A stretch of DNA of 63,990 nt, filler included, from Jimgerdemannia flammicorona (Eukaryota), in the NCBI GenBank assembly GCA_003990765.1. It is 3 parts of 3 records of this genome, joined end to end, with 100 filler letters (N's around TTAATTAATTAA, not from the genome) between each part and the next. Parts side by side here need not be neighbours in the genome. Positions count along the whole stretch, not along the records: positions 42,870 to 63,990 come from RBNJ01001524.1; 2 more parts are not named here. One strand, 5' to 3'. Of the stretch, positions 49,521 through 60,595 are shown one piece after another. How positions within the stretch are numbered: the stretch's first letter is position 1; the number at the start of each line of letters is the position of its first letter. Under the pieces are notes generated by a model. That model made no database searches. It saw nothing but the letters and a program-made list of their open reading frames with translations, and was not told where the DNA came from. The position numbers and the translations under genes are program-made.

Positions 49521-51008
49521 AGGAGCCTATGCTGCCACCAAGATTACTGAACTTGAGCACAAGAAAGACAAAGATCAGAACAAGCACACATATACCATTA
49601 CCCCTGGAAGAACAACTTCTCAAGATTCTGTATCAGAATGAAGGAATACTTGCTATAGACTTCAGAGATATCTATAATCAAGAACCCAAGTACTATTATG
49701 AAGTTGATACTGGTAATACTAAGTCTATCTACTAGAAAGCCAGACCCATACTACCTGTCTACAGAGAATGGCTGTAAGCAGAACTCAAGGAAATAGAAGA
49801 AGCCAGAATCATCAAGCAAGCTATCAGCCCCTGGATCTCATCCATTGTCCTTGCCCTGAAGAAAGAAAGCAAGCCTGGAGAGTTTGTGCCAAGACTCTAC
49901 ATTGACTACAGAAAGCTTGATGCCATCATCAAGAAGGATAGGCAGCCTTGCCAAATATTCAAGAAATCCTTACTACTCTTGGAAGTGAAGCCAAATACTA
50001 CACTACCTTGGATCTGTTCTCAGACTTTCATCAGATTAGTCTCACTCAAGATGCCAGTGAGAAATCAGCCTTCATCACACCTAATACCACCTATATCTAC
50101 CTGCAAATACTATTTGGAATGTATAATGCCCCAGCAAGTTTTCAGTGAATGATAAACAGAGTCTTCAGCAAAATGGCTCTTTATCTATATTGATGATGTG
50201 ATCATCTTCAGCAACACTGTACAGAAACATGTCAATCATATACAACTAGCTCTCAAGAAGCTCAAGGAGCATGGCCTTTACATCAAGCCCAAGAAATACA
50301 AGTTTGCAGCTCAGGAAATTGCCTACCTAGGATACCTCATCAACCAGACCAGAATCTATACAGACCCCATGAAGATTGAGACTGTTGCAGCCTACCTGAG
50401 ACCCAGAACAACTACAGAAGTTCATGCCTTCCTTGGACTGGCCAGCTACTACAGAAGATTCATCAAAGGATACTATAATATTGCAGCACCTATCTACAAG
50501 CTACTGAAGAAGGAGACCAAATTTGAATAGACCAAAGAGTGCTAAGAAACCTTCAATGATCTCAAGACCAGGCTGACCCAAGTACCTATCCTCAGAAGAC
50601 CAGATTGGAACCTAGAATTCATCCTGCAGATAGATGTAAGTGTTATAGACCTTGGAGCAGTCTTAGCTCAGAAGAAAGATAGATATGAATATATCATCTC
50701 CTATGCAAGCTAAGATACCTACAGAGCAGAACAGAACTATAAGTCATATAAGCTCAAATACTTAGCAGTAGTTTGGACAATAGACAAGTTTTACTACTAC
50801 CTAGCCAGGAAATACTTCACTATTCAAACAGATCATTCTGCTCTTGCCTGGCTATTTCACACTCTAAACTCCAAAGAAATATATACCAGATGGATCTACA
50901 GAATGTAAGAGTATGACTATACTATTAAGCACCACTCAGAAAGAACTAATACCAATGCCAATGCACTCTCAAGGATACCCCAAAACACCCCTATCAAGAT
51001 TACTCAAT

Positions 51009-52187
51009 ATGAATAAGGAACTATACTATGGATTAATTAGCTATCTTTAGCAACAGAAGATGCCCAACCACTTTGAACCCTGGATAATCACTATCATCAA
51101 CTGGACTTAGAAACAGTTTGAACTGGACAACACTGCACTCAGAAAAGGAGGAAAGCTAGTAATATTTAAATACAAGAAGTATCAAGTAATGAAGAAAGTA
51201 CATGAGCAAGGATATCTAAGAGAAACCAATACATATGACAAGACAATAATGGTCCAAGATGGAAGAAGACCTGCACCAATTTATCAAAGGGTGTGATAAG
51301 TACCAAAAATAGAAATAAGATCAGCAAGACCAGACACCCAGATCATTAATAATTGAGCCTATCCCTTTCCACTACATTATAATAGATATCATTGGGCCAC
51401 TACCAGTAATATTATCAGGAAACTGCTATATTATAGTTATTGTAGACCTCTTCACCAAATGGATAGAGGCAAGAGCATTACAAGAAGCCAATGCCCTCTC
51501 TATAGCCAACTTTCTATACCAAGAAATCATCTGCTGCTACAAGACACCGAAGCAAATCGACTATGGCACAGAATTTGTCAATGGATTATACAAGATAATA
51601 TATCAGAAATATAAGATCCAGCACATCAAGACCACTACATACTACCCCCAAGAAAATGAACAGATAGAGAGAACCAATAAGACCCTCAAGAACATCCTAG
51701 TGAAGATCTCAGAGACATATAAGAGTTGGGATAATTATCTCCCAACTACCCTCTCTGTCCTATGAGATATATAGTCACAGAGTACATACTTTACCCTAAG
51801 AGAACTGCTCTTCAGAGAAGAAGATTCTGATAGAACCTCAGCCATAAATCTAGACCTAACTTGGAGACAGGTCAATGCAAAAATCCAAAGACTATACCAA
51901 ATCAGAAAGAAGGCTGAAGATTACATTATCAAGTTACAAGTATTGACAAGAAAGAATGTGGAAAAGAATCACAAGACCCTAGAACCCATCTGAATCAGAG
52001 AAAAGGTCCTACTATATCAAAATATAGTAGAAGTCTCATGGTCACAAAAACTAGAGCCCAAATGGAAAGAACTCTTCTATGTGCAAGATATTAAGAGAAC
52101 TACCTTCTGGCTTAGAAAAATCTCATGAATCATACTGCCTACTATGGTACATAGGAATAGACTCAAGAAGTACCATGAATCTATATA
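51009..52187 (+). pseudogene. Integrase, family C (separate ORF)
   Basis: MNKELYYGLISYL, IDIIGPLP, DLFTKWIEA, QIERTNKTLK, RLKKYH. Confidence 0.85.
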
Positions 52188-52552
52188 AGAGAAGCAAAAC
52201 ATAATGACCACCCACAAGGTTCTAGTCCATGAATCATAACAGCATGTTCCATGACTAGTAGGCTATCTGTCTGGACCATTCTCTAAGAGATATGACACCA
52301 GCAACTACTTATCTGTGAGACTTTCAAAGCCAGAGGAGTTCAAACCATCAACTGATTGATCAAGATCAGAATCAAGCCCTTACTCTATATGAAGGGAGTG
52401 ACCCTTCACCATCATGCCAAAATATAAAGGGAAGATGCTAGCCCATAAACACCACTTTTCAACCCCTTGCCAGAGGTTATAGGATCAGCAAATTTTTCAG
52501 GACTGGACCAATGAATAAGGATACTCAAGAAGATTCTTATTCAGGAAGAAGA

Positions 52553-54061
52553 TATAACAGTGACCCTAGAATAATGACATCAGCACAGGAGATAGTCTTT
52601 CCTTGTAAGCTACCAGATCAGAGTATAAGAAGATCATACAGCATACGAGATGAGCAATGATGACCAACTGTGAGTCATTATGACCACAGTATAAGCATCC
52701 TGAGGAATATAAAAGAAGAATTAAGGAACTACAGTAACAGCAACCAACAAGACCCACTAATTCCAAAATAGCTCAAAGACTCACTACAAATGAAATACCT
52801 GCTGCCTGCCAAACCTCAAGGTCAAGGAACCACCAAGGCATCTCAGTTGAAGAAAGGATGTTCCAAGACATCAGAAGAGCCATAAGGACCCACTCAAGAA
52901 GGACTTCTAGTATCAATCTAGGTACCTGGTGACTCTTACCATTATATCCTCTACTACTATGAAATGGAAACAAGAATTACTATTGCTACCAAATACCTCC
53001 AAATATGGCAGGAGTATGAAATAGAAAACCTCCTCTATCAGGAGTTCTCACAGGCCAGCACTCAAGAGCTACAAGATGCCACTCCTATGGATATACATGA
53101 AATGAGAACAGCTAAGAAGATCTATCAGATCTTCAGACATACACCATGGTCAATCCCCAACTTAGAGTATGTTAGAGTCTCAGATTTCAGAGACCTGTTA
53201 TTCTGCTATATCAATACACTAGAAGCTAGGGTGGCTACAGAAGCCCAGTCCACTATCACTCTCAATAGTGATGAAGTAGAAGACTTCTGGCATCCCATCC
53301 TTCAGGACAACCTAGACCAATTCCTGTAAGGGTTGATCTCAGTATTCCAAGATCTAAACATTCAGGTTAGACCTTCTCAAGACTCCATATTTGTTCCCTA
53401 TTTTATAGAAGAGAACCTCATAGACTGGAGAGCTCCAGACCTCCTTCACACCATCAAACGTAATGATATATATCATTGGCAATGATGTCATCCCATGTGA
53501 CATCGAAGCATGTGAGACACATGACCTATGCAATGATAATGATGAGATAGATAAGGCATTTGTGGACCTTATCTCCTTCGAAGACATCCTGACCTCTGAT
53601 AATGAAGCCTCCATAGTTCTGAACATTCTGCTCTAAGTATCCTAGTTATACTGAATAATGCCAGCACTGGTATTTTGATGTGATACCAAATTATATCAGT
53701 ATCCTGAACCTATATAACCATCAGTACCAACTCTGGAACTTAGCAGTTTTTTCTGTCCTGGAATTTTATTTTAATTATTGGAATTTATATTTAGCTTTAT
53801 ATCTTAGCAACCATTGAATTATATTTTGTATAAATACCCCTCTTATTTCTTCTGAAATAAAGTCAGTTCTGGTTCACTTACATATAATCCTTTACAAGCA
53901 ATCTAATAGATAACAAGACAGTTTAAAGATAAGAAGTTTGAGGACTATAAGATTTTGAGAAGGCACTCCAATAAGAACTTACTTATAACAAACTTGAGTT
54001 AGTCTAAGAGATATATCTTGAAGAGAATCTGGCATATTTGAAGGACTTGGTGACTACTATA
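52553..54061 (+). repeat. 3' LTR of family C (~1.5 kb)
   Basis: Follows the PPT; TATAAATA ~53829, AATAAA ~53856; right end approximate. Confidence 0.8.
52657..53636 (+). pseudogene. LTR-encoded accessory ORF, family C
   Basis: WQEYEIENLL...TAKKIYQIFRHTPWSIPNLEYV...acidic tail. Confidence 0.75.
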
Positions 54062-54748
54062 TGATAATAGATTTAAATATTTGCTACAGATATAAACTTA
54101 TTTCATTAATGATAGATATAAATTCTTTAAATATATATGAGTATAAACTGATATTCTATAAATATAAACTCTTTAATATAAGTATGAACTTATATTTCAT
54201 AGATATAAATAGCTTACAAACAATAAGTAAAGACAAGGTTGAATTTTCAAAAAAGACTATTTTATTTCTTTTTTTATTTATAAATATTTCTGTAAATATT
54301 TTTCTCTGCAAATACTTCTCTTTTACAAACACTTTCTTCTTCTACAAATAGTTTTTTCTACTATATATCCTTTTCTATATTCTACTTATCTCTTCCTTGA
54401 ATCAGATTATTCTTATTCAATAAAAGAAAAATATCAAGGATATTAATTATCTTATTGTCTTTATCTGAGTCAATATCTTTATATAAGTTATGAACTATTT
54501 TATATATATTTTCTCATACTTCTTTTTATTGAAAGTTTTTAGTAAGATATCAGACTAGATAAGTATATACTGAATAAGTATATATTAGTAAACATAAATT
54601 TATAAACTTAAAAATATACTTATAAATATATAAATAATAGCAACTATATAATAGTTAATATGTTTATATTTTTGAAATATATTTATAAACTAAGATTTCA
54701 GTTTAAAGAATATGAAATAGAGCAGTTGCTTTATATAGTTACTATATG

Positions 54749-56938
54749 TGTGATGTATGCAATTGACAATAGAGTACCAGTGACTGCTAAGATCAGACGA
54801 CATAATAGCATAACAATCGAATAGACAGCCTGACCCATTAGGTGATCACCCCAAAAGGAGCAATGATAATCTGAGCCAAAAGAAAGACTACATTATTTAA
54901 AGAACCATACTCCACCTCAGGAATCAGCACCAAAGAACAAGTACCACCACACAATGTCTCCTATCTGCCACCCCAATCAGACCTCCTGTCGCTCTTTCCC
55001 CCTGCCTGGCCCAAAGACTCTAATCCTTGAAGCTATCAAGAAGGCTATTTGGTGCCCAGACACCTCTGAACATCTGAACTTCTACACCAAGGACCTTGGA
55101 CACTTCATCAATTACTGGTACATAATGATCCAATAGCTCAAAGATACCACTGAATGAATGACCCTCTGGCATAATTACAAAATTGGACACCACCTTCATA
55201 ATGAAACCCAAGAAGGTGATCAGGAAGACCTTATTGCCAAAATGTTAACCACCAGCCAGCTAATCAAGAGAGCCCTCCATGTCCACCAAATCTTCCGCCA
55301 TATTCTCTGGGCTATAGCACACTTACAAGGAGTGACTGCTGGAAGTCTTGCCCATCTCTCAACTGAAGATGCAGACTGGATAGAATCAGAAGTAGCCAAC
55401 TCTATTGGTAGTAACTGGGTTGCTGTAGGAAGCCAACAAACTGAGCCCACTCAACCAGGCTTTCACACTACTCCACTCCAAGACAACCATCAAGGTCACC
55501 TAATAAGTCTCATGGAAATCTTTGAAGGACCACCCATTACCATTACAACATCTGTTGGAGCAACCCCAACTACTCACTACCCTGTCAGCTACAATTCACA
55601 CCTCATTATTTGGGAACCAAATCAAGAAGTCCCAGAAGTCTCTACCAACATAGAAACTGAAGGATCTGAGGAAGAAGAAGAGGAGGAACAAAGAATCTAC
55701 CAATTCTCTGTCTGCCTTCAAGCAGTCCAAGGGTTGGAGAATGTCATCAAAGATGATTGGCCACAATTCTACCCCCTCACCTCCTGGCCGGCGCTCTCAC
55801 CCTTTGAAGAACAGGATAAAGAAGTCACAACCCAGCAAGATGATTGGATCACTGACGAAGGGTACTTTATCATTCAGTGATCCCATGTCTGTTTTCTCAG
55901 TCCGGTCAGCCAACGTTTGTCAGCAAGTCAGCAACACCCATTTTCAGTGATACCACCCACAACATCCATATCCAGCACTAGCACTCATCTTATCCCAATT
56001 CGGCACAAACAATTGTCACACCCATTTTCAGCGATACCACCCACAATATCCATATCCAGTACTAGCACTCATCTTATCCCAATTCGGTGCAAACAATTGT
56101 CATACCCATTTTCAGCGAAACCACCACAACGTAGTATACCTTAGCCCCCCCATAGCTAGAAAATTTGTATAAATAACCCTATATCTTAGAGTGAATAAAC
56201 CTCAGTCAGTTTGTGTTTAAAAGTAAAAAGGATTACAGAGAAACCTCACTACCTCTAAGAGACCGGATAAATTCTGAGAACAAGATAACTAGAGCAATGA
56301 TCGCTCGAGGTTTGAGTTAAAGAATTTTCTCTTGCTATAGAAAATGTTCAAGATTTGCCACTAAGGAAAGCTGCACAAAAAACCATTCAGTTCAAGATTC
56401 GCCACTAAGGAAAGCCACACGAAAAGCCATTCAGTTCAGTTTGAAGACCCACCACTAAAGGAAAGCTACACAAAAAACCGCCAACTGCCGCCAAGATCCC
56501 GCCAGCCCAACCGTCATGCATTCAACCCAACCACCGTGCATTTGACCTGACTGTCATGCATTCGACCCAACTGTTGTGCATTCAGAACCAACCGCTATTC
56601 AGACTGCCATTTGAGATTCAAGGCCCGAAAAACCCAGCCAAGGAACCTAAGGATACTAGAACAAGACCACCAGTGAACGAACGACCACCAGAACCCACCC
56701 TCAAGTTAAGAATGAACGTTTGACTAAACTGTTGACCCGAACGATTCTCTACTGCACCATGAACCGTGTACGTTCAAGAAGTAATTCACCCCAAGCCTCC
56801 ACCATATGAATCGGACGAACCGATCATGTGATAATCGACCTATAACCATCGCGAATGCACTCATATCCATTGCACGCTTCACCAAGTGGCACATTGAGCT
56901 ATGCTTGAAGCCACTAGAGATATAAACCACATGCCACA
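54749..56938 (+). mobile_element. Solo LTR, family D (~2.19 kb)
   Basis: TGTG...CACA ends; TSD atatg/atgta (two transitions); TATAAATA ~56168, AATAAA ~56194; internal tandem repeats. Confidence 0.75.
54954..55880 (+). pseudogene. LTR-encoded accessory ORF, family D (~308 codons, two stops)
   Basis: WHNYKIGHHL...RALHVHQIFRHILWAIAHLQGV...acidic tail; stops at 55134 and 55155. Confidence 0.75.
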
Positions 56939-56941
56939 ATG

Positions 56942-57539
56942 TATAATAGTACTTCTAATGAGTCAATTTAATCTGGATTGGATTCAGATTAATTTGGATT
57001 GAATCTCATCCAGATCAACTCAGATGGGATTCAAATCCCATCAGGATGGATTTGAATCAACCATTGTTTTGATTTCCAAATTAGATAATTAAATATTTAT
57101 GTCAATAACTTAATGAATAATCATCCAAATTTAATAATCTTGGTGTCATTTGAAAGCCCTTAAGAAGGCCTATCTAATGATACTAAGAATATTGAAATCA
57201 GATCATGTGTTGCTGAGTTATGAAGGAAACCATCTGAATTGCCAATTTTGGAAATTTCATCAAATAGAATGTTTTTGAATTGCCAATTTTGAAAATTTCA
57301 TCAAATAGAATATTTTCCTTAATATCTCAGCAACGTGTAATCCGATTTTAATGTATTTGGTATCATTAGAAAGGCCATATTAAGGGCTTTCAAATGACAC
57401 CAAGATCATTAAATTTAGATGATTATTAATCAAGTTATTGATGTAAACATTTAATTGTCTAATTTGGAAATCAAAATAATAGTTGATTTGAATCCCATCT
57501 GAATCCAATCTGAATTGACTCATTTGGAGCACTACTATA
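56942..57539. mobile_element. MITE / foldback element, probably Tc1/mariner-type
   Basis: Terminal IR tataatagtacttctaatgagtcaatt / aattgactcatttggagcactactata; ~180-bp internal arms; TA at both ends. Confidence 0.8.
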
Positions 57540-58194
57540 GAATAACTTGCTAAGTCTACCCTTATTATTCTTCAGATAAATGAAATTATTCTAGACTTAC
57601 AAATATTGTACCACTTAATAGTAAGTATGAGTAAGATCTTTTAGAGTTATAAATCTTAGTTAGTCTACATCAGAGAAGATTTAATTGAACTTTTGTCAAA
57701 GACTTTATGAATGTGGAAATAGTAGACTATAATTTGATAGTATAGCTATTTTTTTTAATAAAAATGAAAATAGTTGAGTTTGTTAACTGCTAAATAAATA
57801 TATAAATAGAATATAAATAAAACACTCATTATAGTATAAATTAAACTATTACTGTTTTTGATCTTTAAGTTTACATTCTTCAAAATTTTAATGATAATAT
57901 CTGTTTTCAGATTATTATTATACTTTGGAAAAAGATCTTCAAGGAAAAGGTAATAAAGAAGTATATTTACTACAAGCTTCTAGATTATTTTATTAATCTT
58001 ATATTTCTGATAAAGATTACTAATATCTATGGATCTGCTAAATAATAATATGAAAATTCAATTTATATTTATAAATAAGCTATAATATACAAACTATAAT
58101 TTATAAACTCATTTCCAAAAACAACTTATCTATTTCTTTTTCTGTCTTACTTAATTATCTATTCTATATATCTGACCAAATGAGTCTCTATATC

Positions 58195-58680
58195 ATCATC
58201 TTGAAGTATCTTGTTATCTGAAAGTACCTTATTATCTAGAAGTACCTTATCATTTAGAAATATCTTATCATCTAAAAGTATCTTATTGTCTGAAAGCACC
58301 TCACTATATAGAAACATCTCATTATTATTCTAAATTATAAGCTTAGATTATTCATTATCTCTATCTTATTTACTATTTTTATCTTATTTATTAACTCTGT
58401 CTTCATTTTGATCTTGTATAGTCTTTTGCTATTTGGCTATCTTCTCATTAAAGTTAAAAGCTACAAACTTACTAATATTGATCTTATTTGGGTCTGATGT
58501 AGTCTACTTCTTAGTTTCATGTATCTTCATGATCTGGTATAGTCTGTCTGTAGTCTGCTCTTTGGTTTTATATACCTTTATAATCTATAATCTGTCTATA
58601 GTCTACTACTCTTTGGTTTTATACACCTTTATTGTCTGTAATCTATCTATAATCTACTGTTCCTTAGTTTCACAAAACTG
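58195..58680. repeat. Degenerate tandem repeats (~21-bp units at 58200-58320; ~54-bp units at 58500-58680) in an AT-rich relic
   Basis: Units such as atct(a)gaagtaccttatt and tagtctactctttggttttatacacctttat visible. Confidence 0.65.
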
Positions 58681-59428
58681 ATATAATTTATTCATAGCTT
58701 AATATATATTGTTTATAACTTAGTACTTATTGTTCATACTGAGATATATTTTATTTATCTTAGAATATAATCTGTTATCTTTAGGCATAAAGAGATTGTA
58801 ATAGAGAGAGATAAGAAAAGACACAATTCTTTCAGATAAAGACCTCTATTTATATCTACAATATTCATAATAGACATATGTATATATACAGATATTATCA
58901 GAAAGGCTGATAAGTAATTATAAAGCTTATTTACTTATATTTAGTTAATATGATAAAGTACAAGTATATTAAACAAGTACATATTAAGCAAGTGTACCAA
59001 ATAAATACATTAAGGACAAAAGTACAAAGCTAATTAGATAAAAAATTTTAAAAATTCTATTCTAGGCCAATATGTTTTATGATTATAAACTTACTATTAA
59101 AATTTATATTATTCTTCAAATTCTTCCCTATTTCAAATCTAATATCAATATAAAGCTTTTTTGCTCATATTGTAATCTAAAGTACAAATCTGCCTCAAGA
59201 TTGACTTAATATATCTATAAGATGAATAATATACTTATATAATCAGAATAATAAGTCTATCCTTAAATTTCCAGTTTATTAAAATTTTAGTAACTTTAAT
59301 ATTAAACTACTATTATCTATAAATTCATTCATAGTTCATAAGTTAACCTTAAATTCTATATATATTTTAAGTTTGAGCAATTCATATAAACAAACTTAGA
59401 AGATTTTAAATAATCATACTAAGTATAT

Positions 59429-60595
59429 TGTAACAGTGACTCCAGAATGATGACATCAGCACCAGAGACAGCCTTTCCTTGTAAGCCACCAGATCGGAGT
59501 ACAAGAAGATCATACAGCATACGAGATGAGCAATGATGACCAACTGTGAGTCATTGTGACTACAGTACAAGCATCCTGAAGAATATAAAAGAAAAATCAA
59601 GAAACTGCAGTAGCAGCAACCAATAAGAACCACTAATCCCAAAATAGCTCAAAAACTTACCACAAATGAAATTCCTGCTGTATGCCAAATATCAAGGTCA
59701 AGGAATCACCAAGATATCTTGGTCAAGGAAAGGATGTTCTAAAACATCAGAAGAGTCATGAGGACCTGCTCAAGAAGGACTCCTAGTGTCAACCTGAGTA
59801 CTGCAGACCCTTATTACTTCATTCTCTACCACTATGAAATGGAAACAAGGATCACTATTGCTACCGAATGCCTCCAAATGTAGCAGGAGTACAAAATAGG
59901 AAACCTCCTCTACTGGGAGTTCCCACAAGCCAGTACCTAAGAGCTACAAGATACCACTCCTATAGATATATGCAAAACAAGGACAGCTAAGAAGATCTAT
60001 CAGATCTTCAGGCATACACCATGGTCGATCCCCAACTTGGAGTATGTTAGAGTCTCAGACTTCAGAGACCTATCATCCTGCTGTATCAATGCACTAGAAG
60101 CCAGGGTGGCTACAGAAGCCCAGTCCACTATTACCCTCAACAGTGAAGAATTAGAAGACTTCTGGCACCCTATTCTTCAGGACAACCCAGACCAATTCCT
60201 GCAAGGATTGATCTCAGTATTCCAAGATCTAAGCATCCAGGTTAGACCTCCCCAAGACCCCACATTTGTTCCCTATTTTGTGGAAGAGAACCTCATAGAC
60301 TGGAGAGCTCCAGATCTTGTTCCCGATTTTCCCACCACAGCCGAACATGATGATGTCATCGGTGATGACATCATCCTGCATGACATCAACATATGTGAGA
60401 CACATAATGAAGCATGTGAAAATGATGAATTCGCAGATCTCATCTCCTTCAGTAATGATAATGACAAGGATAAAGCTTCCATAATCCTGAACATTCTGCT
60501 CTAAGTTCTGTGTTACACTGGATAATACTAGCACCGGTATTCTCATATAACATTGGATAATGCCAGCATCAGTATTCTGAGGTGATGCGAAATTG
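59429..60595 (+). repeat. Family C LTR, interrupted by LINE copy 4
   Basis: TGTAACAGTGAC start; colinear with the 52553 copy. Confidence 0.9.
59533..60504 (+). pseudogene. LTR-encoded accessory ORF, family C second copy
   Basis: One frame MMTNCESL...QEYKIGNLL...AKKIYQIFRHTPWSIPNL...IILNILL*. Confidence 0.78.

Larger units (their letters stand above)
48730..54061 (+). mobile_element. Ty3/Gypsy LTR retrotransposon family C, 3' portion
   Basis: PR C-terminus, CPHG module, dUTPase, RT (YIDDVIIFS), RH, IN, PPT CAGGAAGAAGA, LTR; related to family B. Confidence 0.92.

Noticed and set aside
55935..56590. Repeat arrays (also 4225-4330, 34770-34885, 58200-58680) as possible CRISPR arrays
   Set aside because: Head-to-tail tandem units without unique spacers, no cas genes, eukaryotic TE context.
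57540..59428. AT-rich tract (and 54062-54748) as a specific DNA transposon
   Set aside because: Probably a hypermutated TE, but I could not recover diagnostic motifs or termini.
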